Positions 23,130 through 36,015 of a stretch of 64,000 nt of DNA are shown piece by piece. Every line of letters starts with the position of its first letter. Within the stretch, counting starts at the first letter, position 1. The stretch spans positions 124,001 to 188,000 of the forward strand of contig NW_026515684.1 in assembly GCF_025526975.1 (NCBI RefSeq), given 5' to 3'. The notes beneath the pieces were generated by a model that searched no databases, was not told where the DNA came from, and saw only the letters and a list, made by a program, of their open reading frames with translations. This stretch comes from Fimicolochytrium jonesii (Eukaryota). Both the position numbers and the translations under genes were made by a program.

Positions 23130-26100
23130 TCAGACCGCGGCAATGATCTCGTCCGCTTTCTGGAGCGCCTCAATCATTTTCCTGCACTCTTGGCGTCTCT
23201 GCTTGGTGAAATCGCTTTCTTGGAGAGCGTCGTCGAAGACCTCCTTCTTGTAGAGCTCGGCGAGGAGCTCCCGCTGAAGCTCTTCTTTCGTGTGCTGGAC
23301 GAGCTTGAGCATGACAAATTTAGGCACCAGGTCGGAGACGGTGCGCTTGACGATGGAGAAGTAGGATAGGAGCAGAAGCTCTATAATCGACACAATGGAC
23401 AGGTGATATTAGTGACGTTCGCAACAGACGTGGTGGTCAGGCGGAAGATTCTGACACTCACTGATGACTTCACATTCAATATACTCCCTCTCGGACAAGT
23501 TCCCAGACGCCTTCAACACCGGAGGAGGGTTCTCGAGAACTCCAGGCCTCCTCTTCTTGGAGAAGAAGCTGCCAAAGAAGCCATCACTGTTGTTTGCTTG
23601 GGCGATGATGTCGGCGTTGGGATCTCTTTGCGGCAACTGTGCAGCCGGGGATTGAGCGACTGATCGGGGGTTCTTAGGGTCGACTGGTGGGGGTGGTGGG
23701 GGCGCCTTGGATGCCACTACTCGGTCGTTGATGATCGCCATCGCCTAGTTTCGCAAGTGTTGTAAGTTTCTAGAAGCCTGATTTTCGCCTCCATAAACGT
23801 AAGGACACTACCTTGTGCCCAGTAATGAAATCCGGATGCCCCGTGTTGACATAGCATGCCTCTCCGCTGAAAACCATGAATGCTGATCAATCGACTCTCC
23901 TTTCGATCGTCGATGAATCGCTGTAAACTTACGCAATGAGATCTTGCACGAGCTTGTTGGTTGGGATCATACATTTCTGGAGACAGATAGGCAAACAATA
24001 GTAAGTAACGTTGCCGCAGAGGTGCAACTTTCCTTTTCAGTATGTACCTTGAAGAAGTTGATAACAACCCCGTAAAACTTTTCCCTCATGGCCGGGAAAC
24101 GCTTGAAGATCTGCAGAGTCATAGTTGCAGCTCAGACTCCCATCCTCAACCCTCGTTCAAGGTTTCCAAGCATCCGTACCTGCTTCTGCAACAGCTTGTT
24201 GAGAATGCGAACCAACTCGTCGTAGATCATGGAAGCACATTTCAAACTTGGCTCCTCCAGCCTCCTGATCTGCTGCTTCACAAGCACCTCCTGTGGTGGG
24301 ATGTCATATGATAAGTCCCAAAAACCTTGCAGAATGAATGCACACATAAGCGCGCAGGGTCTCATACGCACAAAAGCAGCGGTCCCAACGAAAAGCGCAG
24401 GGGAAGATCCCGAAGAGTTGTACAGAATAGTACGAATATCCACATCCTTGATCTGGTCGAAAGGATCCATGCTGCGAATAGCGGATCCGAAGATCTCGTG
24501 AAACACGAAGCTAACACGAGCTCCTCCACTGAGCTCATCGCTGGTGATTTCGTTGGAAGTACCATCGATGATCGTGCGGTACTCGTTTGTGAACTCGGTG
24601 ATCACGTTGAGGATGATGTTTGACTGCAGTCATCGACGGGGTCAGATACGTGAGAGGGGTGATGGAAATCCATCGCGGTAAAGGCTTACCTGACTTGATT
24701 GATCCTCAGTAAGCACATCACCCAATTGAGCGAGTTCTTGAGTGTACTTGACAAGGCCAGCTTGGATCTTGGCCTTGATCTCAGGCAGTGTGTTGCGAAT
24801 GTGGTGCATGAGAATCTGACACAGGAACCCATTAGAACTGACTAGTCCGGCAAGGTATCATCCAATTGAACGCACCATGTTCAGCTTGCGCGCCAAGAAC
24901 GGTGTGCCACAGTATTGCGCCTTCGACTTGTAGGAAGGGTGACCTTCGAAGAAGTTGCGTTCGGCGTCCAGAGCCAATGAGATCTTCTTCTTGTTCTCGA
25001 TATCCCGCTGTCCACGGTTGATAACGGGGACGTAACCTACATTCCAGGCGTTAGTACTTATGGACCCGATTCGATGTCGACAATCGCTCAATCGCCCGAT
25101 CGCCCTTACCCAGTCGGAGCGGAATAACACGTCCAGCAAGGATATCAACGACATCTGTGCCTTGATCCATCAAGTCGATTTTGGTCAGGACTCCGATAGT
25201 CCGCACACCCTCAGGATCCACTTCGCGAGCCAACTTCAATCCATCTGAGTTCGCCAAATCCGTGTTTCCAGCAGTGACAGCCAGAATAATGGCATTGTTC
25301 TTTGTAATGAACTTCATAAGCATGTCACGGATTTGCTTTTCAATGTCTTTCGGCTGATCTCCAACCGGAACTTTGGTTAATCCGGGGAGATCGACCAAAG
25401 TCAGCGTTAGCACGTTCGGCGAGTAAATACGCAGATTGATGGGCTCAGGAGAGATTCCAGCATTTTTCCCGGTCTTGGCCTCCGTCTCTTTGACAATCTC
25501 CTCCCGAATCTCATCGAAGTTTGAGAACTTCTTCCCGGGAATATGTAAGAACTCCCCCCATTCGTCCACCTCAGAGGGGGCTGTTGGCGTGGATGCGCCG
25601 CCGGCAGATTCCTGTTTCAGTGCTGCGGTATCGAATTCTTCAGACGCAACTCCGCCTACTTCGCCTTTCGAGTTGGGACGATTGATGAGCTGAAGGACGA
25701 GAGGTCGCCGAGTAACGATACCAGTTCCTGTAAACATGCAGTAAGTACAAACAGGGCGTTGGAAAATCGCAAATCGCTAAGCACTCACCTCGGGGTAGGA
25801 AGTCCCGTCCTACAATGTTCTCCAACACGGAACTCTTCCCACTACTCTGACTTCCAATGACGGTGATCTGTCGAAACGATTCATGGTCAGACGTATTTGT
25901 CCCTCTTTCAAACACTTCAGCGTGCGTTTCGCGTAGGTTCAATGGACTCTCTCCACAAGTTATCGTAGGCGTCCGTGTTTGGCCGGCCTCTAGGCATCCA
26001 GCAGCATCGTGACCTTCCTGGATATGAATGCTTCGCATTCTTCTCGGTGAGCTTGGAAGCCAGCATCCAGCTGGTGGCTCATAAGTCGAATCCCCAACGT

Positions 26101-26314
26101 TCGGCCACCCCCAGCTTCCCCCGTGGAATTGACAGCTGTATATGTACCTGGGGAAGGTCGATAGGATTGGCAACCCCAACAGCGGCAAAGGCATCTTGCA
26201 GCTTATTCACTACATGAGTGGGGACAGAAGCAGTGAGTTTGAGTGACGAAGCTTTCAGTTAGAACACAGCCTGGAAGGGGAGCACAAACCTGTCTTGATG
26301 AGGTTCGTGTCCAT
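23130..26314 (-). CDS. VPS1: Dynamin-like GTPase Vps1, multi-exon
   Basis: [66 protein letters not shown] and a GED (SYF.IVKRTV.D.VPK). The start may be 26320 or 26329. Confidence 0.93.
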
Positions 26315-26955
26315 AGACATCTTGGACATGCCGGGCGAGTGACTATGTGACGTGCGGGCGGAAATGTGATGCTCCTCAAACTCGCTTCTGGTGAAGGACA
26401 ATGGCGGCGAGCACTTGAGAACAGTAACTAGGTGATGATACCCGCTGTGTGGCAAGACTGTATGTATGTAGTAGCGAGCGTGGGAAAACGAGATCTCCGA
26501 AGTTGGGAGGAGGAAGGTGCGCTCAGTGATGATGAGGCGCTGCGTTTGCGGACGACGGTGAGGCTAAGAATTAAAGTAGATCAGTCAAAGTCATGTGAGG
26601 TAAACTTGGATTAAATGTGGAATCGTGCCACGACTCGGTCTTTGCGCTGAGCCTCCATCTGCCAAGAAGCCGCGGATCGGGTAAGTAAAAGTCGGAGGTG
26701 GGCGTCCAATTGCGGTAGTGATGATGAATGATGAATTTTTGACTCGCTTGGCATCGGCAAAAAGAGGCTGCAAAAGTGACGGATGCACGAGGGGAACCAG
26801 ATGGAACCCCCACGTCACCACACCGCAAGGACCTTCAAAAAGGCTCGACACCCCTTTCCCACTCCCACATGCACCTTGAATTTGAACTTCAGCAAGTAGC
26901 TTTACGACTTCAACCAACATCAACTCGCAAACCTTTAATAGAGAAAGCAGGAAAT

Positions 26956-28726
26956 ATGGTCAACTCACCACTACCAACGGATATGGCCGCGGAATGTAAA
27001 AAGGTAAACCTGAGGGTTCCATGGAAATCGTCCGACGTCGACGGAAATTGATGTCCAGGATTTATGTATAGGCTGCGAAGACAATCGAGCATTTTATCAA
27101 ACCGGCAACCGGTCGTGGGCCCGACCAGCTCATTCCGTCTCACGTCATAGGTACTTGAGGAGGCCGTAGGCATTTCTATGTGGAGTATGAGTTGGATGCT
27201 CAAGCTCTTTTGTCTTGCAGCGAATGCAAAAGGAATAGCCGTATTGACGGTCATTAAGGCTGGCTTCCTATTCACGGGCCGTGCGGGGTCTGGTCTTGTG
27301 ATTGCAAAGTAGGTCTACCCATTCTCCCAACGTCCCCGCAGGATACGTTGCTGACCTTTCCACTCTCACCTCCACCCGTATCATCACCATCGCATAGACT
27401 TGAAGATGGATGTAAGTGAAGGAACATAGCGTATCATCCTGCGTATATCAATCGCCTCATCGCTTTTGACTTTGTTTTCAATTCATATCACAGCTTGGTC
27501 AGCTCCCTCGGCAATCGTATGTTCCTCGACTTCTAAGGTTCAGCAGATTTGGTGGACGCTACGGAGTTAACGAAAATATACTCTTCTTGGACCGCAGGGC
27601 ACGGCGGGAATGGGTGTTGGAGGTCAAATCGGTGCCGAATTGACGGATTTTGTCATCATTTTGAACACCAAGGACGCTGTTCGCGCCTTCTGCCATGGAG
27701 GAAACATCACATTGGGAGGAAACCTCTCTGGTACGTATGTGAAATGTATTCTGCCCGCAATGTACGTGCGACTCACGACAAGCCTGTAGTTGCTGCTGGC
27801 CCTGTCGGTCGTAATGTCGAAGCCGCCGGAACCATTGGAAATCTTGCCGCCATCTTCTCGTACAGGTTAGTTCCGGGAATTTCCGCGCATCGTGCCTCGA
27901 GTTTCGTCAAGCTAATCGAGCCGATATATTATGAATGCAGCAAAACGCGAGGACTGTTTGCTGGAGTGTCGATCGAGGGATCTGCCATTATTGAGCGCAA
28001 AGATGCGAACGCTTCCTTCTACAACAGGAAGGTCAGCGCCAAGGAGATCCTGACCGGTGGGGTTACACCGCCTCCGGCTGCGGATGACCTTTACAGGTAC
28101 TACGTCCTCTGTTTCGATATCGTCTATAGTGGGAAGTGAATGCTGACCTCAATGCGTTCGCTTACAGAGCACTTGACATAAAATTCGGAGCCATTGCCGA
28201 GCACGCAGCGGCGAATCCTCATACTCCCGGTCAAGGATTCCTTTCCAACTTCAAGAAGAACAGCAACAACTCTCCTCCCCCTGTCGTACCGCCATCTCCC
28301 GCAGCCGCAGCCGCCATTGTCGCCGCAACACCATTCGGTACGCAACAACCGACCCCTGTCGCGCAGCCCGCTCAGTGGGCGAACCTCGCCGGCGCCCCGA
28401 CAGAGAAGGTTGGAGGCTTCGTGAGACCGTCCGGTCCTGCCGTTGTTGCCGCTCCCCCACCACCACCGGCAAGGAAGACCAGTGCCAGTGCCATCGCGAT
28501 GTACGATTTCGCTGGTGAGCGAGCGGATGACCTTTCCTTCAGGAAAGGTGACATCATCGCCATTACGAAGCAGACGAACAACCAGAACGATTGGTGGACG
28601 GGCCGTTGTAACGGCCGAGAAGGCGCGGTGTGTACTCGCTTGGTTGGATGGTCCTCATTTATTTCGGTACTGACACCGACTTCTTTACATCCACAGTTCC
28701 CGGCAAATTACGTGGTTCTTCAGTGA
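26956..28726 (+). CDS. YSC84: Ysc84/Lsb3 (SYLF/YAB actin-binding domain + C-terminal SH3), multi-exon
   Basis: NSPLP, KAGFLFTGRAGSGLVIA, WSAPSAIG, GGQIGAELTDFV, SKTRGLFAGVSIEGS and the SH3 sequence AIAMYDF..DLSFRKGD..WW.G..FPANYV. Confidence 0.92.
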
Positions 28727-29152
28727 GAATTTTGGTGAATCGGTGTATATCGGTCGTCGTCCATAGTGCCTTATTTCTTCCGGCGTATAATTTTGCGGCG
28801 TATTCCCTCCTTTCCCCATACAATCTTGCTCCAGACGAATATGTTAAATTGTGAAAGCAGCTGTTTCCGAGTTCCATTTTGAGGCCGTCCTCCGTCTTGT
28901 CCTGGTTCATGGCTTTCAGCGTTAGCGTTGCCACGATGTCCGAAAGGCGCGTCTCAAATCAGTCTCAAACTTTCGAGCATCTTGGTAGCAGGCTGGGTAG
29001 CAGGTGCGAAATTCTCACAAGATTTGGGAGATCGTAACACTTGGCGTTACGGCTGCGAGTCGGCGAGACGTGAGGCTTTCCACATATGTGCACCTTTCCC
29101 CAGAACCTACTTCCTCAGGAAGTGTAATTCGCCAGATTTGTCCGTGCACACA

Positions 29153-32100
29153 ATGGCCGCCACGACCGCCCGGAATGTTTCACCCGAGCGCTCGAACAAA
29201 GGTGTCGTCCCGTCCACGGGATCCCTCGACAGCGCAACGCTTCGGCATCGTCTTCAGAAGCTCGGCTATAAAGAAGCCCTCCCTGAAGGTGCAATATCGC
29301 TTGTCGAGCGGCTGCTGGCAGACTTGCTGGTGACGACGGAGACGTGCCGGAAGTTGAAGGAGGACTCTGTGAAGGAGATTAGTGGACCTGGGGCGGCATT
29401 GCGTCAGGTGAGGTACGCAGCGGAAGCTTTGAGCTTCCGGACGGGGGAAGATGTCACCTTTTCCGGGCATGGTTCAGCCCCTGCTTATCTTTGTTGAGGG
29501 AGCGAAAACTGACTACCTGTTCGGTTACGGGTCAAATTCCAATAATAGATCGAGTCCCTTCGCAATGAAATCAGCAGACTAACAGCTGAAAACAACCATC
29601 TGCACCGAGACCTGGTACGGCTAGCCGATGAACGGGATGAACGCGATAGGCGAACTGCTCAGATGACGAGGCGTCTGGAAACGCAGTCCGCCGATCTGCG
29701 CTTTGTGGCATCGCAATATGCGCATCGTGTTGAGGCCGAGCAGAAGAAGGTGGAGACCGTTAAACGGAAGGCGGAGGAGGTGTTCATCAAGTTTGGTGTT
29801 TTCAAGGAGAGGACGGGCGATGGCGATGTTACCTTTGATGTCTCCGGGACTGACGGGAGGGTCAAACCGAGGCCGAGGGCTACGACAGCCCCAGTCCCGA
29901 AAGGGCACGCTCCGCCGAACGAACAAACAGCGGAAGAAGTCTATGAGAGGATTCAGAAGTTCGATATTGAGACGGGATTGGAGCCCCAGGATAATGACGC
30001 GGCCCACATACCCGCCTTCCCATACCCAGATCCCGTCGTGGCCGACCTGGTTGCTCTCTCGGAAAAGCGGATTCAGGCGCTCTTAAAAGAGATGGAGCTG
30101 GTCTCTGCCAAGAACGGTGAACTGGAGACCGAACTGGATGTGCTCCGCAAACAGATGATCTCCCGGAATCAGGAGATTGCGCGGCTGGGAACTCAACTGG
30201 AAATCGCCTGTGCACAGCAGTTCTCCAGCGTGCAGTTCAAGTCAACAGCTGGAGCCACCAATGCGAAACAGCATGTCATCCAGGACCTCGACGCGGCCAG
30301 GCAGCGGATAGCACAGCTTGAAGCCCAATCAGATTTATTCCATGAGCATGTGGAAGCCCTCGAGAAAGAGATTGCTGCTCATGAGGATGACAAGAAGGCG
30401 CTGTATAAATCCTTTGAGACCGAAAAGAAGGATATTCTGGCCCAGCTGCAAAAAGAGCGACAGAGATTCTCGGCGCCGCTGCCGAGGAGTCCATCCCCTA
30501 ACAAAGCCGCGCGCAACAGCAAGACTGATCGCGAAGATTTGCGATCATCTTTACGAAGCCCGACCAAGGGAGCCACCATTGACAGTGTGATGGGGTCTAC
30601 GAGGACGGTGAATTCTGAGGCGTCTGGAGTAGGGTCTCTCCGAGCTGAGCTGGAAGCTTTGAGAGCAGAGAACGAGCGTCTGCAGGCAAGCCTGTCGGCT
30701 ACTGCGCGCCCTGAAGCCGTCGATCAGTTCGCAAACAACCCACCGTCGTCATCAACAGCGACAGCGGCGGTGACCACCGCGGCGGAGAAGCTGCATGCCG
30801 AACTAGGCAAGCTCAAAATCGAAAATGCAACCCTGAAAGGGCGAGCGAGTGAGCTCGAAGCTCAAAAATGGGCACTCGAGAATGATTTGAAGGGCATGAA
30901 GCACAAGCTCGAACGGGCGCACGCCTTGGAAAAGGATTTGGAAGCGACGAGAGCGCGAGCCCAGGATTTCCAGCGCAAGGCGCAAGATCGTCTTGCGGAA
31001 TGCGAGCCATTGCGGGAATCGTTGGCCAGGGCTGTATATGAACAAAAGGAGAGTACTGAACGACTAAATCAGCTTCAACAACAATATCAGACTGTCTCAC
31101 ATGAACGTGACGAACTGATTGTGGTACTCCAGCATTTCGAGGAGCAGTTGAGCGAGGTCCAGCGATGCATTGAAGCTGTGACGAATGACCGGGACAACAT
31201 TGCAGCTCTGTACGAGCAGGTCAATGAAGAGCTGCAGCTATTCCGGAGAATTCATCCCGCAGACTTATCAACACCAGTGGGGCAGCAGCCGCCACCAAGA
31301 CCGACAGCACCCCCGGAGCCTTCTGCTCCCACCATGTCCCCTGTTCGCAATACCGCGGCTGACGTTGCCCAGTCAACGGGCAATGAAAACGCAGACCTCC
31401 GAGCAGCGCAAGCTACGATACAGCATCTTCAAGGCGAGATTGAGATCCTTCAGCGTGATTTGCAGGCCACGGTAGTGCGGCATCGCGAAGGCGGTGAAAG
31501 CACGTCGGATGCCGTCCAACGATTAGAAGACGAGGTCGACCGCCTTCGTCGCGAACTACGAGCGCGGGAAGGTGAACGTGATGCCATAAAGTCGCAATGG
31601 CAAGATGCTCAACGCAACGCGGAGGCTGCTCAGCGGGCTGTGGCTGATTTGCAACGGGAAGAAGCGGCGTTGAGGATGGATATCGTGGATCTTAAGGCAA
31701 ACGAGGACCGCGAAGCTTACACAGCACGCGGGCTGAGGTCCAAAGTGGCTGACATGGAGGCACGACTGGCGAGGTCTACGACTGAGTGTGAGCGGTTTTG
31801 CAAAGAGAGCGAGACAAAAACGCGGCAGATACAAGAGCAGAAAGCCCTATTTATGGAGATTGATCGGCAGCGTGATCGAGATCGGGATGAGATGGATCGC
31901 AAATGTGAAAGGATAGTCGAGCTGGAACAGTTGGTGGAAAAAGCTGAGGCCGCTGCCGTGAACGCACAGCAAGAGGCTGATACCTTGCATGACCAGATCC
32001 AATCAATGAAAGAGCATTTGAACGAGCGCGAAGGTCAGATCAGTGTTCTTCGACAGAACTTGAACAAAGCGACACAGGATAGGGACCGATGGGCGGCGGA

Positions 32101-34230
32101 GTGCAAGAGATTGACGGAGGAAGCCAGCAACGTTGGTTCTGATCTCGGTGCAGTCAGCAAAGAAAATCAACGATTGAACGCGCTGTTGGAGGAGACCACG
32201 AATGAGCGGGAAAGATTCAAAGCGGAGCTGATGGAGAGCGAGAGCCAGATCAAGCAATTGGATGACCTTCTCTTGGCGAAAGATCAAGAGCGTGAGCACC
32301 TGATGGCCGCATACCGCAAACTCGTCGGCGAGCACGAACGCTTGGACACCAGCGTCAAAATGGCGGGCGAGGAGAGCAGTAACATGCGCATGGAAATGGT
32401 TGTCAGGGATAAACGCGTGATGGCGCTTCAACAAGCGCTCGACGAAACTAGCGCTGATCTGACAAAAGCCAAACTGGATCTGGCGGCTCACGAGAAACAG
32501 GCAGCGAACGCAGCACGCGCCCTTGCGGCCAACGCCAGAAATGTGGCCAATCTCCAGGCCGACAAAGCGAGACTGGTCAGAGATGTGGCCGCGTCTCGTG
32601 ACCTTGCCGCCTCTATAGACCGCCAACGTGATGATCTCCAGAAGCGTCTCACCGCCGCCGCCCTCGACGTCGAGCGGCTAAGCAAAGCACTGCAGAAAGC
32701 CGACACGGATCGTGAAACACTCCAAGCCGAAATGCAGGCCGAGAAAGTTAAGGCGGAACGTTTGGAGCATCTTGTTGCTGTTGAACGTACCCGCAAGATT
32801 CAGACGGAAAAGGCCGCTCAAGATTTCACAAAGTCGAAGGAATCGCTGGAGGATCAACTGAATCGCGTCAATCAGCAGCAAAAGATCTCGATACAGGCAA
32901 TGACACGAGAGATCAAAGACTTGGAGGTTGAGCGGGATCATTGGAAGGAGAGGGTTCAGCAAACGGAACGATCACTGCGAGAGCAGCAGAAGAGTAAGCG
33001 CCGGATGCTCTGGAAATTGGAGACCATCAAGGTGACTCACAATGATTGTGCCTGCTTTGTTTTCTCATAGCGCTGGAAGATGTCAAGGAGCAATGCGAGA
33101 AGCTCCAAGCCGATTCCAGTAATCTTCGTCAAGAGCTATCAACCAAACAGAAGATCATCGAGGATCTGACTCGCCTACATGATGAGAGCGACAGCTTGAG
33201 GCGCGATGCAACTCCTGTAGGAGGAACAAAATCTCAACTGGAAGACCGCATCGTGCGAGAGCTCGAGAACACCAAAAAGCAGTTGCGGAAATATGAGGTA
33301 CGATAACGATTCGCGATAGATCTTCAGATGCTACCGATTTGGAGCACCTTGCTCATTTCTACCTCCTCGCAACCGCGCAGGCGCAAATAGCTGTCCGCTA
33401 CAGTGAACCGCATACCCCTGCCGCTGCGCGCAGCTTCAGAACTGGGAACCAGCTGGACGCAAAGAACGATGACCAACCAAATTACAAGACACCTCAGCAG
33501 AGATATGTCTCTGAGGGAGTGGCGTCTAGCAGCGACAACGGTGCAACGACCGAGGATGATGCAATCGTTGAAGGTAAAGTGCCACATGGACATGTCGGGC
33601 CCATCAAGGGAGAATACCTCAACAATGCTGTATTCCACGGATCGTCAGGACTACTTGCGAAACTGAAAGCAGACGCGCAACGACCAAAACCGGCCCAAGA
33701 ATCGTCTGCCGGTGCACCAACAGCGAGCCACACCCGTCGGCGCTCAACTCAGAAGATCTCTCCACCCGCAACCATCGCGAGCTCGTCACCAATCAAGAAA
33801 CAAGACAACGTGGTCCCTCATAGCCGTGAAAGAACGACACAAAGCGTTCCTCGAAGGGACGCGGATCAAACGCCGGCAGCCTCGAGCAGCGGCACCAGGC
33901 AGCGAACTGCTGTCCCCTCTACGGCTCCTCCAACACGGCACAAAACACCAACCTCACGCCAAGACGCAGGGGAACAAGCGCCTGTCCCTGCCACGGCTCC
34001 CCACCGGAATGTACGGAATAGAGACCTGGCGTCGGAAAGCAGTTCCAAGCCGCATTCACGCGCTGGGTCCGCACCCGTCTTCCAGAGCACAGTGCTGGAG
34101 GAGAATTGGAGGTTGATGGAAACCATTGTGCAGGTAAGACCCGTTTGTTCAATCAGATAAACCGTATTTGCACAGTAACCTGAATCTTTTGTTCCGCTAG
34201 GTCACAGATGCATTCACTCCACCATCATGA
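29153..34230 (+). CDS. CEP135: Centriolar cartwheel coiled-coil protein CEP135/BLD10, multi-exon
   Basis: The N-terminal block LRHRLQKLGY.E.L....SLVERLLADLL.TTE..RKLK and the following LR.E..RL..ENNHLH.DL match the CEP135 N-terminus, followed by more than 1000 aa of heptad coiled coil. Confidence 0.8.
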
Positions 34231-34594
34231 TCTCCCCTGTCTCTGTGCAATCTCACCATTGAGGGTTTTGATGTCGTATTCCATAATAAGCTATTCCGCA
34301 GCCTGCGCTATATACCATAGCCTTTTTGAGGGCTAAGCTTCAGCGCAGGGTAGGTTGTTGACATTGAACACCGCATATGTTTCAAGTCCGTGGCTGCCAA
34401 ATGTAATCTGATTGTAAATACTGGTATCTATGGGCTGATATACACGGTAGTGATGACAAAACATCGCTCGTGTTCCGTTGTGTGAAATCCTGTAGGTTAA
34501 CAACGGGCTTTCTAACGCACAAGTGGATTGACATGCTCCATGTTTAGTAAGGCCAACCTGCCGTTTCGAACGAATGGCCGTAACTATCTCGCAA

Positions 34595-35803
34595 CTACAG
34601 ATCGTTCTCGGAACTCAGCTCCAGCAGCGGGTCCCTGATTGCAGTCCAAAGACCTTCTAGATTATACGCCGCTCGCGCTTCAGGCGTAAAAACATGGATC
34701 ATAAATCGCCCAAGGTCCATCACCATCCAGTCGTCCGAATCAGATCCCTCGATCGTCATAGTGGGCGGTAATGAGAGGTCGTAAGGGATGCGATGCTTTG
34801 CCTGTAAATAGGAGAAGGTTAAGACATGAATGAAACTCGGGCTTCGGAAAACTTCACACTCAAAACCTACCCGTCTCCTAACAGCGTCCGCAATCGCATA
34901 AAGCTGCTTTTTCGAGCGCCCTTCCACAATCACCATGTAGTCCGTGTAATCACATTTCTCCCGCATATCCAGCACCACCATATTCATAGCTCTCTCCGCC
35001 TTCAGCACCGCCACCACCTCGCTCAACCGCAGTGGCCCTTTTCCCGTCTCCTCAAGCTTTTCTTCCGCCGCGTCTAGCCCTTGACTTCGTTTTGCGGCAA
35101 TGTCCGCGCCTCGCATCCATAGTGGGACGAAGTCGCTCGGTCGAAGCTGCTCTTCCGGTTGGTTGTATACTTGATCCACATACCAGTCGTCCGACTCTGC
35201 TGGTTCACTTTTGGAATTCTCTAGTTGCTGCGGATCGTTTGGAAGCGCACCCTCCTCACCATCCGCTTCATGGTTCGTCTCTGCCTTGGCAGTCTCTTGG
35301 GCGCGTTGGTCAGCGGTTTCTATCCCAAACTCCGCATATCGTACTTTCGGCAAGGCGTCCCGTCCCCACGCGACATGATCTGGAAGGCTCTCTTCTATTT
35401 CTCGCTGTGGGACTAATTTTTCTTCATCCAGCTTCCGCCTCGCTTTTCCCGCGAGCTTTATTTCGGGCTTTGCTTCGTGGGCCTCCCTTGCCTCTTCCCC
35501 TATGTCCGACAGTTCTGCTCCTCTCCGTTGTTTCTTCCCCTTCCCGGCCGCAAAGACGTCGTCCAAGATCCGTTCCGCAAATTCTATCTTCCGCCTATCA
35601 GAAGCTTCCTCCGCACCGTCTGACGTATTCGCTGAACTTCGTGAGCCGGGAGCGCGTCGAGCATAGGAAACCGCACTGGTGGTGAAAGGCGTTCTCTGAC
35701 TTTGTAAGGCTACGACAGGTCTCCGCTGTGCTTTCAGCTGGCAGCGCACGCAGCGAGTGGCCAGACGTGATGCGGCGGTGGTTGCAGTGCGGCTTGGGAA
35801 CAT
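34595..35803 (-). CDS. Mitochondrial ribosome silencing factor (RsfS/Iojap/MALSU1 family)
   Basis: C-terminal L.AERAMNMVVLD...DYTDYMVIVEGRS..QL, EG.DSDDWMVMDLG..IHVFTPEAR..YNLE.LW, and an Arg-rich presequence from ATG 35803. One in-frame intron at about 34803-34871. Confidence 0.88.
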   Translation of the reverse strand: MFPSRTATTAASRLATRCVRCQLKAQRRPVVALQSQRTPFTTSAVSYARRAPGSRSSANTSDGAEEASDRRKIEFAERILDDVFAAGKGKKQRRGAELSDIGEEAREAHEAKPEIKLAGKARRKLDEEKLVPQREIEESLPDHVAWGRDALPKVRYAEFGIETADQRAQETAKAETNHEADGEEGALPNDPQQLENSKSEPAESDDWYVDQVYNQPEEQLRPSDFVPLWMRGADIAAKRSQGLDAAEEKLEETGKGPLRLSEVVAVLKAERAMNMVVLDMREKCDYTDYMVIVEGRSKKQLYAIADAVRRRVGFECEVFRSPSFIHVLTFSYLQAKHRIPYDLSLPPTMTIEGSDSDDWMVMDLGRFMIHVFTPEARAAYNLEGLWTAIRDPLLELSSENDL

Positions 35804-36015
35804 TGTTAAGAACTGTGAGAGGGCGTAAATGCTATTCCGACGAAACGATGAGTGCTTTGCAACAGTTGTCGTACTCGCGCCCACGGGAAGCTGACGGGAA
35901 GGCACATTCCCACGCACGTGACTGAGTAGCTTCACCCTCAACCAGAGTTGTCAAGTTGGACTGTTGGGACCTTTGCCCCGACAGCTGCAACGACGACACA
36001 CAGAACCTCCGCAAA

